A DNA stretch of 32,000 nt from Alkanindiges illinoisensis DSM 15370 (GTDB lineage Bacteria; Pseudomonadota; Gammaproteobacteria; Pseudomonadales; Moraxellaceae): positions 910,064-942,063 of the forward strand of contig NZ_JHUX01000003.1 in assembly GCF_000619845.1 (NCBI RefSeq). The letters run 5' to 3'. The position numbers and the translations under genes are program-made. Positions within the stretch are counted from its first letter, which is position 1. Every line of letters begins with the position of its first letter. Below, one piece after another: positions 1-9,106 of the stretch. The notes beneath the pieces were generated by a model, which was given only the letters and a program-made list of their open reading frames with translations, did not search any database and was not told the origin of the DNA.

Positions 1-803
1 CGCCACGCTTCTTTTATGCCTATGCTCCCTATAAACAGCAAAGTAATTATCCCAATTTTGATACCACAACGGCCTCATTAAACTTTGACCAGTTGTTTAG
101 TCCCTATCGTTTTTATGGTCATGATCGTCTGGATGACAACAATTTTGCCTCGCTGGGTGCGACCTATCGCGCCTATGACAATATTGGACTGGAACGCTTT
201 CGGGTTGGTCTCGGTCAAAGCTATTATTTTAGTGATCGCAAGGTACGACTGGATGAAAATGATCCCATTGCCACTGAACACAATTCAGGACCTGCGCTTG
301 CACTCGGCAGTCAGTTGAGCAGGAATTTTTCTATTAACGGTAATGCGTTATGGCTGGCTAATGGAGAGAATTCGCAGAATGATGTACAACTCAACTACAC
401 AGGCAATGATGGTAGTATCTATAACACAGGGTATTATTACCGCCGTCAGGTAAAATCGCAAAACCAGCAATCCTATCAGCAGGTTACGGCAGGTTTTGTT
501 CAGCCTTTGCGGGATCAATGGCGTGCTATGGGTTATATGCAATATGATATAAACAATAATCTGGCACGCGAATGGTTGCTGGGTTTTAACTATGATGCCT
601 GTTGCTGGCGTGCATCGTTCTATGGTCGCTATTATTATAATGATCTGGATGATCCTACCTTGGCAGAGGTTAAACCCAAGCGTGCCATCATGATGGAAAT
701 TACGCTCAAGGGTCTGGCCGGCTTTTCAGGTAATCTCGGCAATTTACTGCAACAAAAGATTTTAGGTTATCAACAGGTGGAAACATTGTGGAACGAACGC
801 TAA
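1..803 (+). CDS. lptD: LPS-assembly outer-membrane protein LptD, C-terminal part (5' end lies outside the window)
   Basis: Frame 3 is open from the window edge to TAA at 801-803. The translation (..FDQLFSPYRFYGHDRLDDNNFASLGATYR..FYGRYYYNDLDD..) is the aromatic/Gly-rich beta-barrel C-terminus typical of LptD/OstA. It is followed directly by surA, the conserved lptD-surA order. Confidence 0.8.
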   Translation, partial: PRFFYAYAPYKQQSNYPNFDTTTASLNFDQLFSPYRFYGHDRLDDNNFASLGATYRAYDNIGLERFRVGLGQSYYFSDRKVRLDENDPIATEHNSGPALALGSQLSRNFSINGNALWLANGENSQNDVQLNYTGNDGSIYNTGYYYRRQVKSQNQQSYQQVTAGFVQPLRDQWRAMGYMQYDINNNLAREWLLGFNYDACCWRASFYGRYYYNDLDDPTLAEVKPKRAIMMEITLKGLAGFSGNLGNLLQQKILGYQQVETLWNER

Positions 804-817
804 TTACTCCTTACTTC

Positions 818-2122
818 ATGCGTCAGGCAATCAAATCGACGCTATTGGCCGCTTTATTAGCGTCATCGTTCATGGTTAATGCCGCTCAGGAGCCACTGGA
901 TAAGGTGGTGGCAGTGGTTGATAACAGCATCATTCTGGAAAGTGAACTGGATCGTGCCATCGTTGCGGCAAAACAGCAGCTTACCCAGCGCAACCAGTCC
1001 ATTCCCCCTGACAACCTTTTACGCTCCGAAGTACTGCGTCAGGTTATCCTAAAGCGTGCCCAGCTTGAACGGGTCAAGCGTCTGGGTGTAACTATCGATG
1101 AAGCAAGCTTAAATGCCGCCGTTGCAGAAATTGCCAAGCAGGAAGGCGCCAGCAGTCTTGCTGATTTCCAGGCCAAGCTCGATGCACGAACCCCAGGTAA
1201 TTATGCAGCCCTGCGTCGCCAGATTAGTGATGACCTGAGTGTTAATCGCTTGCGTCAGCAACAGGTGAGTTCGCGCATCAAGGTAAGTGATCAGGACATT
1301 GATAATTTTCTGAACTCTCCTCAGGGTAAAAGTAGCTTAAATAGTGAAGTGCATGTAGCACACTTGCGGGTTGCCCTACCTGAGAATGCCAGTGCTACCC
1401 AAGTTCAGAATGCTGAGAACGTGGCCAATAAGCTGCGGACTGACCTGCAAGCCAGCAATGATGTAGATGCTGTGGTAAAACGCAACCAAAGCGCTAGCTA
1501 TCCTGTAGAAGGTGCAGATATGGGCTGGCGTAATACTGAAGAAATGCCTGATGAACTGGTTGCCAAAGTCAATGCACTTGACCTGAACCAGGTTACGCTA
1601 CCAATTCGTGCTGCAGATGGCTTTCATGTGCTTAAACTGCTGGAACGCCGTGGCAATGAAGCCCGCACCATTGTGCAGCAATTTAAAGTACGCCATATTT
1701 TGCTGCGTCCAAGTGAAGTATTAAGCCCCAGTGATGCCGAACAACAAATTAATCAGTTGTATAAACGCGCTGGCACTGAAAATTTTGCGGACTTGGCCAG
1801 TACGTTTTCCAGTGATCCGGGTTCAGCATCTAATGGCGGTGACCTTGGCTGGGTTAGTCCCGGCATGATGGTGCCACAATTTGAAGAAGTAATGCGCAAG
1901 ACACCGGTGGGTCAAATCAGTAAGCCGTTCCAGACCCAGTATGGCTGGCATATCCTGAAAGTAGAAGACACACGTCAGCAAGATGTCACTGAACAAACCC
2001 GTCGCAGCAAGGCACGTCAGGTTCTGGCAGAACGCCAGTTTGATCAGGAACTGGATAATTGGATGCGGGAAGTTCGCGCTGAAAGCTTTGTTGAAATCAA
2101 GGATGGCACACCAGTTAATTAG
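818..2122 (+). CDS. surA: Periplasmic chaperone / peptidyl-prolyl isomerase SurA
   Basis: ATG at 818 gives MRQAIKSTLLAALLASSFMVNA|AQE, a signal peptide. Two parvulin-like segments are present (..HLRVALPEN.. and ..VRHILLRP..GGDLGWVSPGMMVPQFEEV..GWHILKVEDTRQ). The track ORF starts at GTG 788 inside lptD, so the 818 start is preferred. Confidence 0.9.
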   Translation: MRQAIKSTLLAALLASSFMVNAAQEPLDKVVAVVDNSIILESELDRAIVAAKQQLTQRNQSIPPDNLLRSEVLRQVILKRAQLERVKRLGVTIDEASLNAAVAEIAKQEGASSLADFQAKLDARTPGNYAALRRQISDDLSVNRLRQQQVSSRIKVSDQDIDNFLNSPQGKSSLNSEVHVAHLRVALPENASATQVQNAENVANKLRTDLQASNDVDAVVKRNQSASYPVEGADMGWRNTEEMPDELVAKVNALDLNQVTLPIRAADGFHVLKLLERRGNEARTIVQQFKVRHILLRPSEVLSPSDAEQQINQLYKRAGTENFADLASTFSSDPGSASNGGDLGWVSPGMMVPQFEEVMRKTPVGQISKPFQTQYGWHILKVEDTRQQDVTEQTRRSKARQVLAERQFDQELDNWMREVRAESFVEIKDGTPVN

Positions 2123-2249
2123 TCGTAGTTCTGGATGAATATAAATTAGCAGGTTGATGATAAAGTTGAATACTGAATTAACCTGCTGGAAATCTATTAA
2201 TCTGAACCATTTGTGCCTTAGTCAATTATATTGATAAAAAGCCAGACAA

Positions 2250-2280
2250 GAAAAAAGCCCTATCAAGGGCTTTTTTCTTT
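2250..2280. terminator. Bidirectional rho-independent terminator shared by convergent surA and hfq
   Basis: AAAAAAGCCCT-ATCA-AGGGCTTTTTT: a 7-bp GC-rich stem (2255-2261/2266-2272) flanked by an A-run and a T-run, lying between the two convergent stop codons. Confidence 0.8.
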
Positions 2281-2299
2281 TGACATAGCGAGGTATTAA

Positions 2300-2836
2300 T
2301 TAGCGGTTGTTACCGTTGCCGTCATCTTCGCCATTGTCATCAAATTTCTGGTCGCCTTCAAAGCCACCCTGACCACCGAAACCGCCACCCTGACCACCAA
2401 AGCCACCCTGACCACCAAAGCCAGCACCTTGACCGCCAAAGCCACCCTGACCACCAAAGCCGCCACCTTGACCGCCAAAGCCACCCTGACCACCAAAGCC
2501 GCCACCTTGGCCACCAAAGCCAGCACCTTGACCCTGACCACCAAAGCCGCCACCCTGACCACCAAAGCCACCCTGACCACCAAAACCAGCGCCTTGTGCA
2601 CCTGGAGCACCCACTGGCGCGCCTGCAGGACGTGGATTACGGGCAGGTACTACTGTAGAAATCGCATGCTTATAAACCATTTGGCTTACTGTGTTTTTTA
2701 ATAAAACAACGTATTGATCAAAAGATTCGATCTGGCCTTGTAATTTGATTCCATTTACCAAAAAAATAGAAACGGGGATGCGTTCTTTACGAAGAGAGTT
2801 TAAAAACGGATCCTGCAATGTTTGACCTTTAGACAT
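2300..2836 (-). CDS. hfq: RNA chaperone Hfq with extended glycine-rich C-terminal tail (178 aa)
   Basis: The N-terminus [64 protein letters not shown] is the canonical Sm1/Sm2 Hfq core. It is followed by 11 copies of (G/A)G(G)FGGQ and an acidic end. The gene sits downstream of miaA as in other gammaproteobacteria. Confidence 0.97.
   Translation of the reverse strand: MSKGQTLQDPFLNSLRKERIPVSIFLVNGIKLQGQIESFDQYVVLLKNTVSQMVYKHAISTVVPARNPRPAGAPVGAPGAQGAGFGGQGGFGGQGGGFGGQGQGAGFGGQGGGFGGQGGFGGQGGGFGGQGGFGGQGAGFGGQGGFGGQGGGFGGQGGFEGDQKFDDNGEDDGNGNNR
2360..2596 (-). repeat. Imperfect in-frame tandem DNA repeats (18/21-nt units) encoding the Hfq GGFGGQ tail
   Basis: Repeated ccaccctgaccaccaaagcc / gccaccttgaccgccaaagcc units are visible on the + strand. 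They generate the shadow ORFs 2296..2610(-) and 2429..2701(+). Confidence 0.9.
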
Positions 2837-2925
2837 CGTTATTACTCCAAAAAAATAACCAGCGCAAAAAAAACTGCCTTTCGTATCAATTAAAAATTAT
2901 AAAAAGACAGGCGGCAAATTTTGCG

Positions 2926-3906
2926 TCATCTATACTTCATACGCAAGTCTAGTATGCCTTCATTCACTGTGTTGTATATATTAAAAACGTGCAACTCACG
3001 TAACGAACGTAGCCATGTATATTGACGTTTGGCTAATTGTCGTGTTGCAAATAATGCTTTTTCCTTCATTTGCTGAAGTTCCGCTTCAGTTTGCCCTCCC
3101 TGCTCCAAAAATTCCCAAGCCTGACGATACCCTACAGCACGCATGGATGGCAAATTTTCATGTAATTGATATTTTTCACGTAATTGCCTTACTTCATCCA
3201 GAAAACCGATTTTCCACATAATTTCTAGTCTTTGGGCAATTTTTTGGTGCAATAATGCACGATCTGGCATTATTGCATGTAAATCAAAAGCATACTGTGG
3301 ATTAAGCTGGTTTTCCTGTTCATCATGCAGATCACTGATAGCACGTCCGGTAATGCGATAAACCTCAAGTGCACGTAAGACACGCTGCCGGTCAGAAGGC
3401 TTGAAGCGTATAGCAGCACGCGGATCAACACGCTGTAATTCATTATGGATAAATTGCCATCCATGCTGTTCAGCCTGCTGCTCTATTTCAGCACGGATGT
3501 CTAGGTTAGCTGCTGGCAAATTATCCGCCATGCCCATGATAAGGCTACGAAAATACAACATGGTGCCACCAACCAGTAACGGAATTTTACCGTTGGCATG
3601 GATCTGATTAATGATCTGGCTAACATCCTCAACAAATTCAGCAGCTGAATAAACCTGTGTTGGATCAATAATATCGATCAAATGGTGAGGATATTGTGCC
3701 AGCTCGGCGGCTGTAGGTTTGGCTGTACCAATATTCATGTCGCGGTAAACCAGTGCCGAATCAACAGATATCAGTTCAAACTTTCCGGTTTCATATAGTT
3801 CACAGGCCAATGCGGTTTTACCACTCGCAGTTGGGCCCATCAGGCACACAACAGGCAACGCTTGCAGGGATTTTTTCTGAGGCATAGAAGTGACTGCCAA
3901 GTTCAT
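2926..3906 (-). CDS. miaA: tRNA dimethylallyltransferase MiaA
   Basis: P-loop [16 protein letters not shown] and the conserved [18 protein letters not shown] and [12 protein letters not shown] motifs. The preferred ATG at 3906 ([12 protein letters not shown]..) lies 1 nt after the mutL stop. The track ORF extends to 3936, overlapping mutL. Confidence 0.92.
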   Translation of the reverse strand: MNLAVTSMPQKKSLQALPVVCLMGPTASGKTALACELYETGKFELISVDSALVYRDMNIGTAKPTAAELAQYPHHLIDIIDPTQVYSAAEFVEDVSQIINQIHANGKIPLLVGGTMLYFRSLIMGMADNLPAANLDIRAEIEQQAEQHGWQFIHNELQRVDPRAAIRFKPSDRQRVLRALEVYRITGRAISDLHDEQENQLNPQYAFDLHAIMPDRALLHQKIAQRLEIMWKIGFLDEVRQLREKYQLHENLPSMRAVGYRQAWEFLEQGGQTEAELQQMKEKALFATRQLAKRQYTWLRSLRELHVFNIYNTVNEGILDLRMKYR

Positions 3907-3907
3907 G

Positions 3908-5914
3908 TTATTCCCCACGGGCAAACAGCTTATCAAGCTGGGTTAATGGAAAAGCACGCCAGGTTGGTCGTCCATGATTACACTGGCTGGCAAATTCAGT
4001 TTGTTCCATTTGACGCAACAGGGCATTCATCTCGACAAGGCTAAGCTGGCGATGTGCACGGATAGCGCCGTGACACGCCATACCTGCCAGAATTTTATCG
4101 CGGGCGGTGGTTAAGTCAGCTTGCTGATTAGCCTGCAAATCTGCCAATAGCTGACTAAGTAGTTTTGAAAAATTGGCACGCGCCAGCAGTGCAGGCACAG
4201 CACGTACTATCGCGCTGGTTTCACCATAACGGTCAACTTCCAGCCCCAGCTGATGCAAGGTAGATTGTAGCTCCTCAATCCGGCTGGCTTGCAGGTGACT
4301 TAGCTCAACAACTTGTGGCACCAACAAATGCTGGGTTTGCCAGTTCTGGGCGTTATCCCAGGCTTTTTTAAGCTGCTCCAGTAAAATCCGTTCATGGGCA
4401 GCATGCATGTCGACAATAATCAGGCCATCAGTATTTTGCGCTAAAATATAAATGCCATGCAGTTGAGCAATTGCAAGACCAAGTGGATATTCATCAACAC
4501 CGACTTTGCTGGCTATTGCAAATGATTGATCCAGCTCCTGCCGTGCTGGCAATAGATAACTGGCCAGTGCAGCCTGCACGGTAGATGCATCAGGCGCTGA
4601 ACTGGAAAAACCTGAATAAGCTGACTGTCCGGACTTTTGATTAAAAGTAGCTCCTGTAGCCATCAAATTATCTACTACAGAAGGCTGATGCTGATTCACC
4701 AAATTCTGCTGTAGCGCTGAGTGATCTAATAACAAATCATGCAATGGCAAAGGATTTTGCTGCATCGGCTGATAGAGCTGCTGCTCTATTGATTGAGGCA
4801 TTTGCGCCATTGCCTTACGCTGTAAGGGATGCATGGCATCAGCCAGTTCCGCAGGTGCGGTTTTAAACTGGGCGAGTGTTTGTCGGGCATGATGACGTAC
4901 AAATTCATGGACTTCACGCTGGGCCAGAAATCTCACTTCATGCTTGGTAGGATGCACATTCACATCTACCTGATCCGGCTCAATTTCCAGAAATAGCAAA
5001 TAAGCCGGATGCTGATGACCATGCAGGATTCCTTCATAGGCCATACGCAAGGCATGGCTCACTGTTTTATCCTTGACCATACGACCATTGATAAACAGAT
5101 ATTGCAGGTCTGCCTGCCCCCGTGCTTCGCTGGGATGCCCAAGCCAGCCAGACAGTTGCATATACATACTGGAGCAATCCAGCCAATGAGATGTTTCGGT
5201 AAACCGGGCACCCAAAATCCGTCGTACCCGCTGGGCACGTAGTTCACCACTGTCTGCAATAGGCAAATCCAGCCTGATCTGGCTATTATGGACCAGTGAA
5301 AATGCCACATCAAAATGACTTAAGGCTACCCGTCGCACCACTTCTTCAATATGGCCAAATTCGGTACTGACTGATTTTAAAAACTTGCGCCGCGCGGGCA
5401 CATTAAAAAACAGATCGCGCACCTGAATCCGTGTGCCACGCTGGTGCGCTACAGCGGTAATGGCCTGACTATTTTCTGTTTGATTGTAGGCACTACCATT
5501 AATGGTGACTTCATGGCCAATACCTTCATCCGACTGGCTACTGCTTAAAGTCAGGCGTGATACAGCAGCAATCGATGCTAGCGCCTCCCCCCGAAAACCC
5601 AGCGTGGCAATTGCCGATAAATCCTCAGCACTGCTAATCTTGCTGGTAGCATGACGCAACACCGCCAATGGTAAATCATCACTATGAATGCCATTGCCAT
5701 TGTCTATTATTTCAATCAGGGTACTGCCGCCCTGCTCAATATAAATTTCAATGCGCGATGCGCCAGCATCCAGTGCATTTTCAATTAGCTCCTTCACTAC
5801 CGAAGCTGGGCGTTCAATCACCTCACCAGCAGCAATCTGGTTGGCCAGTGCCGGGCTTAACGGCTGGATACGGCGAATTTTCGCCACGATGCCATAATCA
5901 GGCAAACTGCTCAT
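3908..5914 (-). CDS. mutL: DNA mismatch repair endonuclease MutL
   Basis: N-terminal GHKL ATPase motifs ([30 protein letters not shown]; IIDNGNGI; [12 protein letters not shown]) and a C-terminal dimerisation domain ending ..[24 protein letters not shown]. Confidence 0.97.
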   Translation of the reverse strand: MSSLPDYGIVAKIRRIQPLSPALANQIAAGEVIERPASVVKELIENALDAGASRIEIYIEQGGSTLIEIIDNGNGIHSDDLPLAVLRHATSKISSAEDLSAIATLGFRGEALASIAAVSRLTLSSSQSDEGIGHEVTINGSAYNQTENSQAITAVAHQRGTRIQVRDLFFNVPARRKFLKSVSTEFGHIEEVVRRVALSHFDVAFSLVHNSQIRLDLPIADSGELRAQRVRRILGARFTETSHWLDCSSMYMQLSGWLGHPSEARGQADLQYLFINGRMVKDKTVSHALRMAYEGILHGHQHPAYLLFLEIEPDQVDVNVHPTKHEVRFLAQREVHEFVRHHARQTLAQFKTAPAELADAMHPLQRKAMAQMPQSIEQQLYQPMQQNPLPLHDLLLDHSALQQNLVNQHQPSVVDNLMATGATFNQKSGQSAYSGFSSSAPDASTVQAALASYLLPARQELDQSFAIASKVGVDEYPLGLAIAQLHGIYILAQNTDGLIIVDMHAAHERILLEQLKKAWDNAQNWQTQHLLVPQVVELSHLQASRIEELQSTLHQLGLEVDRYGETSAIVRAVPALLARANFSKLLSQLLADLQANQQADLTTARDKILAGMACHGAIRAHRQLSLVEMNALLRQMEQTEFASQCNHGRPTWRAFPLTQLDKLFARGE

Positions 5915-6395
5915 GCAAACTGTCCTCTAATGCTGTCCATGTCTGGCTTTTTGCAGCAGTGCTTAGCACGATATGCCGGGTGAGCTGGTTGTCATCCAGG
6001 GTTAGTTCAATCTGGTAATCCGCTGTCGGAACCACTGGCTGGCCTTTTTGCGGCCACTCAATGAGCAATAAGGGTTTAAGGCTCGCCTGATCGGTTGTTA
6101 AATAATCACGAATGCCCATTAATTCAAGTTCATAGGCATCCTGCAAGCGATACAGGTCAAAATGATAAACAGGCTGGCCTGCAATGGTATAAGGCTCAAC
6201 TAGCGTATAAGTAGGACTTTTTACATTACCCGGATGTCCCAAAGCCTGTAGCCATAAGCGTGTTAGCGTTGTCTTGCCAGCGCCCAGATCACCCACCAGA
6301 TAAACCACACCATGCGAAATATGCTGTGCCAGAACACCAGCCAGTTTTTGGGTGGCAGCCTCATCAGGCAATACAAGTGAAATGGTTTGCAGCAT
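5898..6395 (-). CDS. tsaE: tRNA t6A37 biosynthesis ATPase TsaE (YjeE)
   Basis: [60 protein letters not shown] matches the TsaE signature. ATG 6395 is preceded by GGGAAAG, while the track start at 6413 is a TTG. The 3' end overlaps the mutL start by 17 nt. Confidence 0.9.
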   Translation of the reverse strand: MLQTISLVLPDEAATQKLAGVLAQHISHGVVYLVGDLGAGKTTLTRLWLQALGHPGNVKSPTYTLVEPYTIAGQPVYHFDLYRLQDAYELELMGIRDYLTTDQASLKPLLLIEWPQKGQPVVPTADYQIELTLDDNQLTRHIVLSTAAKSQTWTALEDSLHEQFA

Positions 6396-6512
6396 GGCAG
6401 TTGTCTTTCCCAACCCGAATTAAACCTGACTATAATAACACTGAAGCTGAAACTTTTAGGCCATAATCTGTTTTTGGCTATAATCCATTTTTAAAGTGTT
6501 TAGGTCGTACTA

Positions 6513-6836
6513 ATGAATGCATGGTTGTGGCTGGTGATTGCCGGATTGTTTGAAATTCAATGGGCGGTCACCCTTAGATACACTGATGGATTTACACGGC
6601 TATGGCCTTCGGTATTTTGTATTGCGGGCATGATTATCTCGGTATATGGCCTATCAATAGCACAAAAAACCCTGCCGCTGGGCACCAGCTATGCAGTATG
6701 GGTTGGTATTGGCATTTTGGGCGCGGCGATTTGTGGCATGTTTTTATTTAATGAACCAAAAACCCTAATCCGGATAGGTTGTATTTTGCTAATTTTGGCC
6801 GGCATTATTGGTTTAAAAGTGACCTCACCTTCCTAA
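6513..6836 (+). CDS. sugE: SMR-family small multidrug-resistance protein, SugE/Gdx-like (guanidinium/quaternary-cation exporter)
   Basis: 107 aa with four predicted TM helices. The conserved membrane Glu is in AGLFEIQWAV, and PLGTSYAVWVGIGILGAA and IIGLK match the SugE subfamily pattern. Confidence 0.85.
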   Translation: MNAWLWLVIAGLFEIQWAVTLRYTDGFTRLWPSVFCIAGMIISVYGLSIAQKTLPLGTSYAVWVGIGILGAAICGMFLFNEPKTLIRIGCILLILAGIIGLKVTSPS

Positions 6837-6923
6837 AAATTAAATAGTGCGCTGTTGTATCTTTATCATTTAACATTGAACTGTCACTGAAAATCCTGAT
6901 GAACTGGACTGCTAATTATTTAC

Positions 6924-7862
6924 ATGCATATTTCTTTTAAACCTCCCATGATTGATGGCGTTAGCCCCAGTTGTGTATTTTTGCCTTCATTAAAAAATTT
7001 GCAAAAGACGAATGGCGGTCAAAGTTATGCCACTATTTTGGAATTTTTGATCCAGCAGTTTCCACAAATTTCTAAACAGATATGGCTGGATCGAATTGAG
7101 GCCCAAAAAATCTATCACGAAGCTGGCACTTTGGTTGGGCTTGATAGCCCTTATGCGCCAAACAGTAAAATCTACTATTATCGCGAATTACCCTATGAAG
7201 AACCGATTCCATTTGAGGAGCAGATTCTTTTTCAGAATGAACATTTGCTTGTGGTGGATAAGCCGCATTTTTTGCCAGTAACCCCGACAGGCCGGTTTGT
7301 AAAACAAAGCTTGCTGGTTCGGTTAAAGCAGCGCCTCAACTGTGAGGACATTACACCAATTCATCGTCTGGATCGGGAAACAGCGGGGGTGATGCTGTTT
7401 TCATTACAGCCACAAACCCGGCCTCTCTACCAGACCTTGTTTCAAGATCGCAAAGTCAGCAAACAATATCAGGCCATTGCAGCCTATCGCGATGATCTGG
7501 AGTTTCCACGAAATTATCAAAGCCACATGGTAAAAGGCCAGCCTTTTTTTACCATGCAGGAAACTGAAGGCCCAGCCAACAGTTTTACCCGAATCGAACT
7601 ACTGGAAACAAGACAAGACTTATCGCAACATCTGGCACGCTATCAGCTCTATCCCTTAAGTGGCAAGCAACACCAGTTACGTGTACATATGGCCGCACTG
7701 GGAATTCCTATTTTAAATGACCCCTTTTATCCCAAGGTACAGTTAAAAGCAGATAATGATTACAGTGCGCCGCTGCAACTATTGGCACAGCGCATTGCTT
7801 TTGTTGATCCCTTGACCCGGCAAGCTGTAGAATATAATTCATTGCAAACGCTGATTCTTTAG
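6924..7862 (+). CDS. RluA-family RNA pseudouridine synthase
   Basis: Catalytic motif HRLDRETAGVMLF, plus KQYQAIA.. and GKQHQLRVHMAALGIPILNDPFYP, which are characteristic of the RluA/TruC family. The specific substrate cannot be assigned. The start could alternatively be the internal Met (MIDGVSPS..). Confidence 0.85.
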   Translation: MHISFKPPMIDGVSPSCVFLPSLKNLQKTNGGQSYATILEFLIQQFPQISKQIWLDRIEAQKIYHEAGTLVGLDSPYAPNSKIYYYRELPYEEPIPFEEQILFQNEHLLVVDKPHFLPVTPTGRFVKQSLLVRLKQRLNCEDITPIHRLDRETAGVMLFSLQPQTRPLYQTLFQDRKVSKQYQAIAAYRDDLEFPRNYQSHMVKGQPFFTMQETEGPANSFTRIELLETRQDLSQHLARYQLYPLSGKQHQLRVHMAALGIPILNDPFYPKVQLKADNDYSAPLQLLAQRIAFVDPLTRQAVEYNSLQTLIL

Positions 7863-7982
7863 CCTTATTCGTAATGACGTTGCAATGATAATTATGCTTT
7901 AATGCGTGCCTAATAAACTCGTTTTTGTTCATTACTACTTATAAGCAATGATTAATAAGTAATTATTGGAAAGAGGTTACTC

Positions 7983-8309
7983 ATGCGTCGCACGGAAGTT
8001 TATCAGGTTCGACTGGATGTCCATGAAAAAAAACAGGCCTTTGCCGTGTTTAAACAACTGGGTATTAGTCCTGCACAGGCTATTCGCTTATTTTTCCGTC
8101 AGGTGGTTGTGACTAGATCCATTCCATTTGCCATTGAGCAAGGTAACCATGAGCCGTCAGAAGCACCCAAAAAAGCCAGTCGAAAAACCGTTGCAACAAG
8201 TGAGCTAAGTCATTTATCAGATCAGGATGTTTTTGACCAGCTCAATGAACTATTACAGGATAACGGTAGCTTGAAAAATACGGACAAAAGCTCAGATAGC
8301 GATCAATAA
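7983..8309 (+). CDS. RelB/DinJ-family ribbon-helix-helix antitoxin-like protein with long acidic/Ser-rich C-terminal tail (no cognate toxin adjacent)
   Basis: The N-terminal ~55 aa (VYQVRLDVHEKKQAFAVFKQLGISPAQAIRLFFRQVVVTRSIPFAI) aligns by eye with DinJ (RIDEDLKNQA..GLT.S..VR..L..V..E..LPF). A strong SD AAAGAGG lies 7 nt upstream. The C-terminal ~50 aa is low-complexity. Confidence 0.6.
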   Translation: MRRTEVYQVRLDVHEKKQAFAVFKQLGISPAQAIRLFFRQVVVTRSIPFAIEQGNHEPSEAPKKASRKTVATSELSHLSDQDVFDQLNELLQDNGSLKNTDKSSDSDQ

Positions 8310-8388
8310 AAGATCATAATCTAGGAATTTAGTTTTAAATATTTATAATAGATTTTTTTGTATTAGGTCTAACCGTTTGGACTTAAGA

Positions 8389-8426
8389 GCAGCAATTGCA
8401 TCAGCTTTAATACTGATAATTGCTGC
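8389..8426. other. Long imperfect hairpin between convergent dinJ-like and RRM genes (possible bidirectional terminator or RNA stabiliser)
   Basis: GCAGCAATT-GC-ATCAG-CTTTAATA-CTGAT-AATTGCTGC: 9-bp and 5-bp stems with an 8-nt loop. No clear U-run follows on either strand, so the terminator call is tentative. Confidence 0.4.
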
Positions 8427-8470
8427 CCTACTTTATCAAATAAAATATGTCTTGGAATAATTTTAAGCAA

Positions 8471-8719
8471 TTATTGATCTGTTGATTCAGCCGCTTTCAC
8501 CCGAATGCCATAACCATGAACGCGCAAGGTATTCAGTGCTTTAATGGCTTTAACCGCATCACGCCCATTTTCCATTTCCACAAAACCAAATCCCTTGGAT
8601 TTTCCAGTAGCCGCATCCAGCACTAACGTACAGCTTTTAATCTTGCCAAATGGTTTGAATAACGCTTCCAGCTCTGCTTCAGTGACACTACGCGCCAGAT
8701 TGCGGATTAATACTTTCAT
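8471..8719 (-). CDS. Small RNA-binding protein with a single RRM (RNP-1/RNP-2) domain
   Basis: MKVLIRNLARSVTEAELEALFKPFGKIKSCTLVLDAATGKSKGFGFVEMENGRDAVKAIKALNT: RNP-2 is VLIRNL and RNP-1 is KGFGFVEM. The start is placed at the ATG giving MKV; the track ORF extends 22 codons further upstream. Confidence 0.85.
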   Translation of the reverse strand: MKVLIRNLARSVTEAELEALFKPFGKIKSCTLVLDAATGKSKGFGFVEMENGRDAVKAIKALNTLRVHGYGIRVKAAESTDQ

Positions 8720-9106
8720 TTTACTGATCAACTTTTTAAAAAATAACAGACAGGCAAATGCAGGTTTATGCCAACACGTTGCCAAGATACTATTAGACCA
8801 TAAAACCCGTTAGTCCCCTAAACTATTTTTATTCAGACAGGAGGCTGTTTTCTATTTTTATTAATGGCCTTTTTAGCAAAATAAAAAGCTATATGTCGTA
8901 TCCCAACCTAATCACTTACTCTGCAAAGCTAATAGTTTGCCAGAACTGGCAAGCGCATAGCGGTTAGGTTAGCTTCTAGAATTGCAAAGCCAACACAGAT
9001 TGGCAGTCATATCCGTCCCTATTCAATACTCAACCATTACCTTAGTTTTCATATCTGATTTATTTGAATAGTCAAAGTAGTTTATAAAGAAATCTCAAAT
9101 ATAAAA

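Noticed and set aside
2148-2187. Hairpin AGCAGGTT-(24 nt)-AACCTGCT just after surA, considered as a possible terminator or sRNA.
   Set aside because: It has a large loop and no U-run, and a much better bidirectional terminator sits 65 nt further on. There is no further evidence for a function.
2296-2701. ORFs 2296..2610(-) (VVRVALVV repeats) and 2429..2701(+) ([11 protein letters not shown] repeats).
   Set aside because: They are alternative-frame and antisense readings of the hfq GGFGGQ repeat DNA. The Hfq frame has the canonical Sm core and an RBS context, and these do not.
6414-6512. Possible guanidine riboswitch (ykkC, mini-ykkC or ykkC-III) upstream of the SugE/Gdx-like exporter.
   Set aside because: I looked for paired ACGR-loop hairpins (guanidine-II) and for the GGGA/ACGR cores of classes I and III and found none. 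The 99-nt spacer looks like a plain AT-rich promoter region. A covariance-model scan (Rfam RF00442, RF01068, RF01763) would be decisive.
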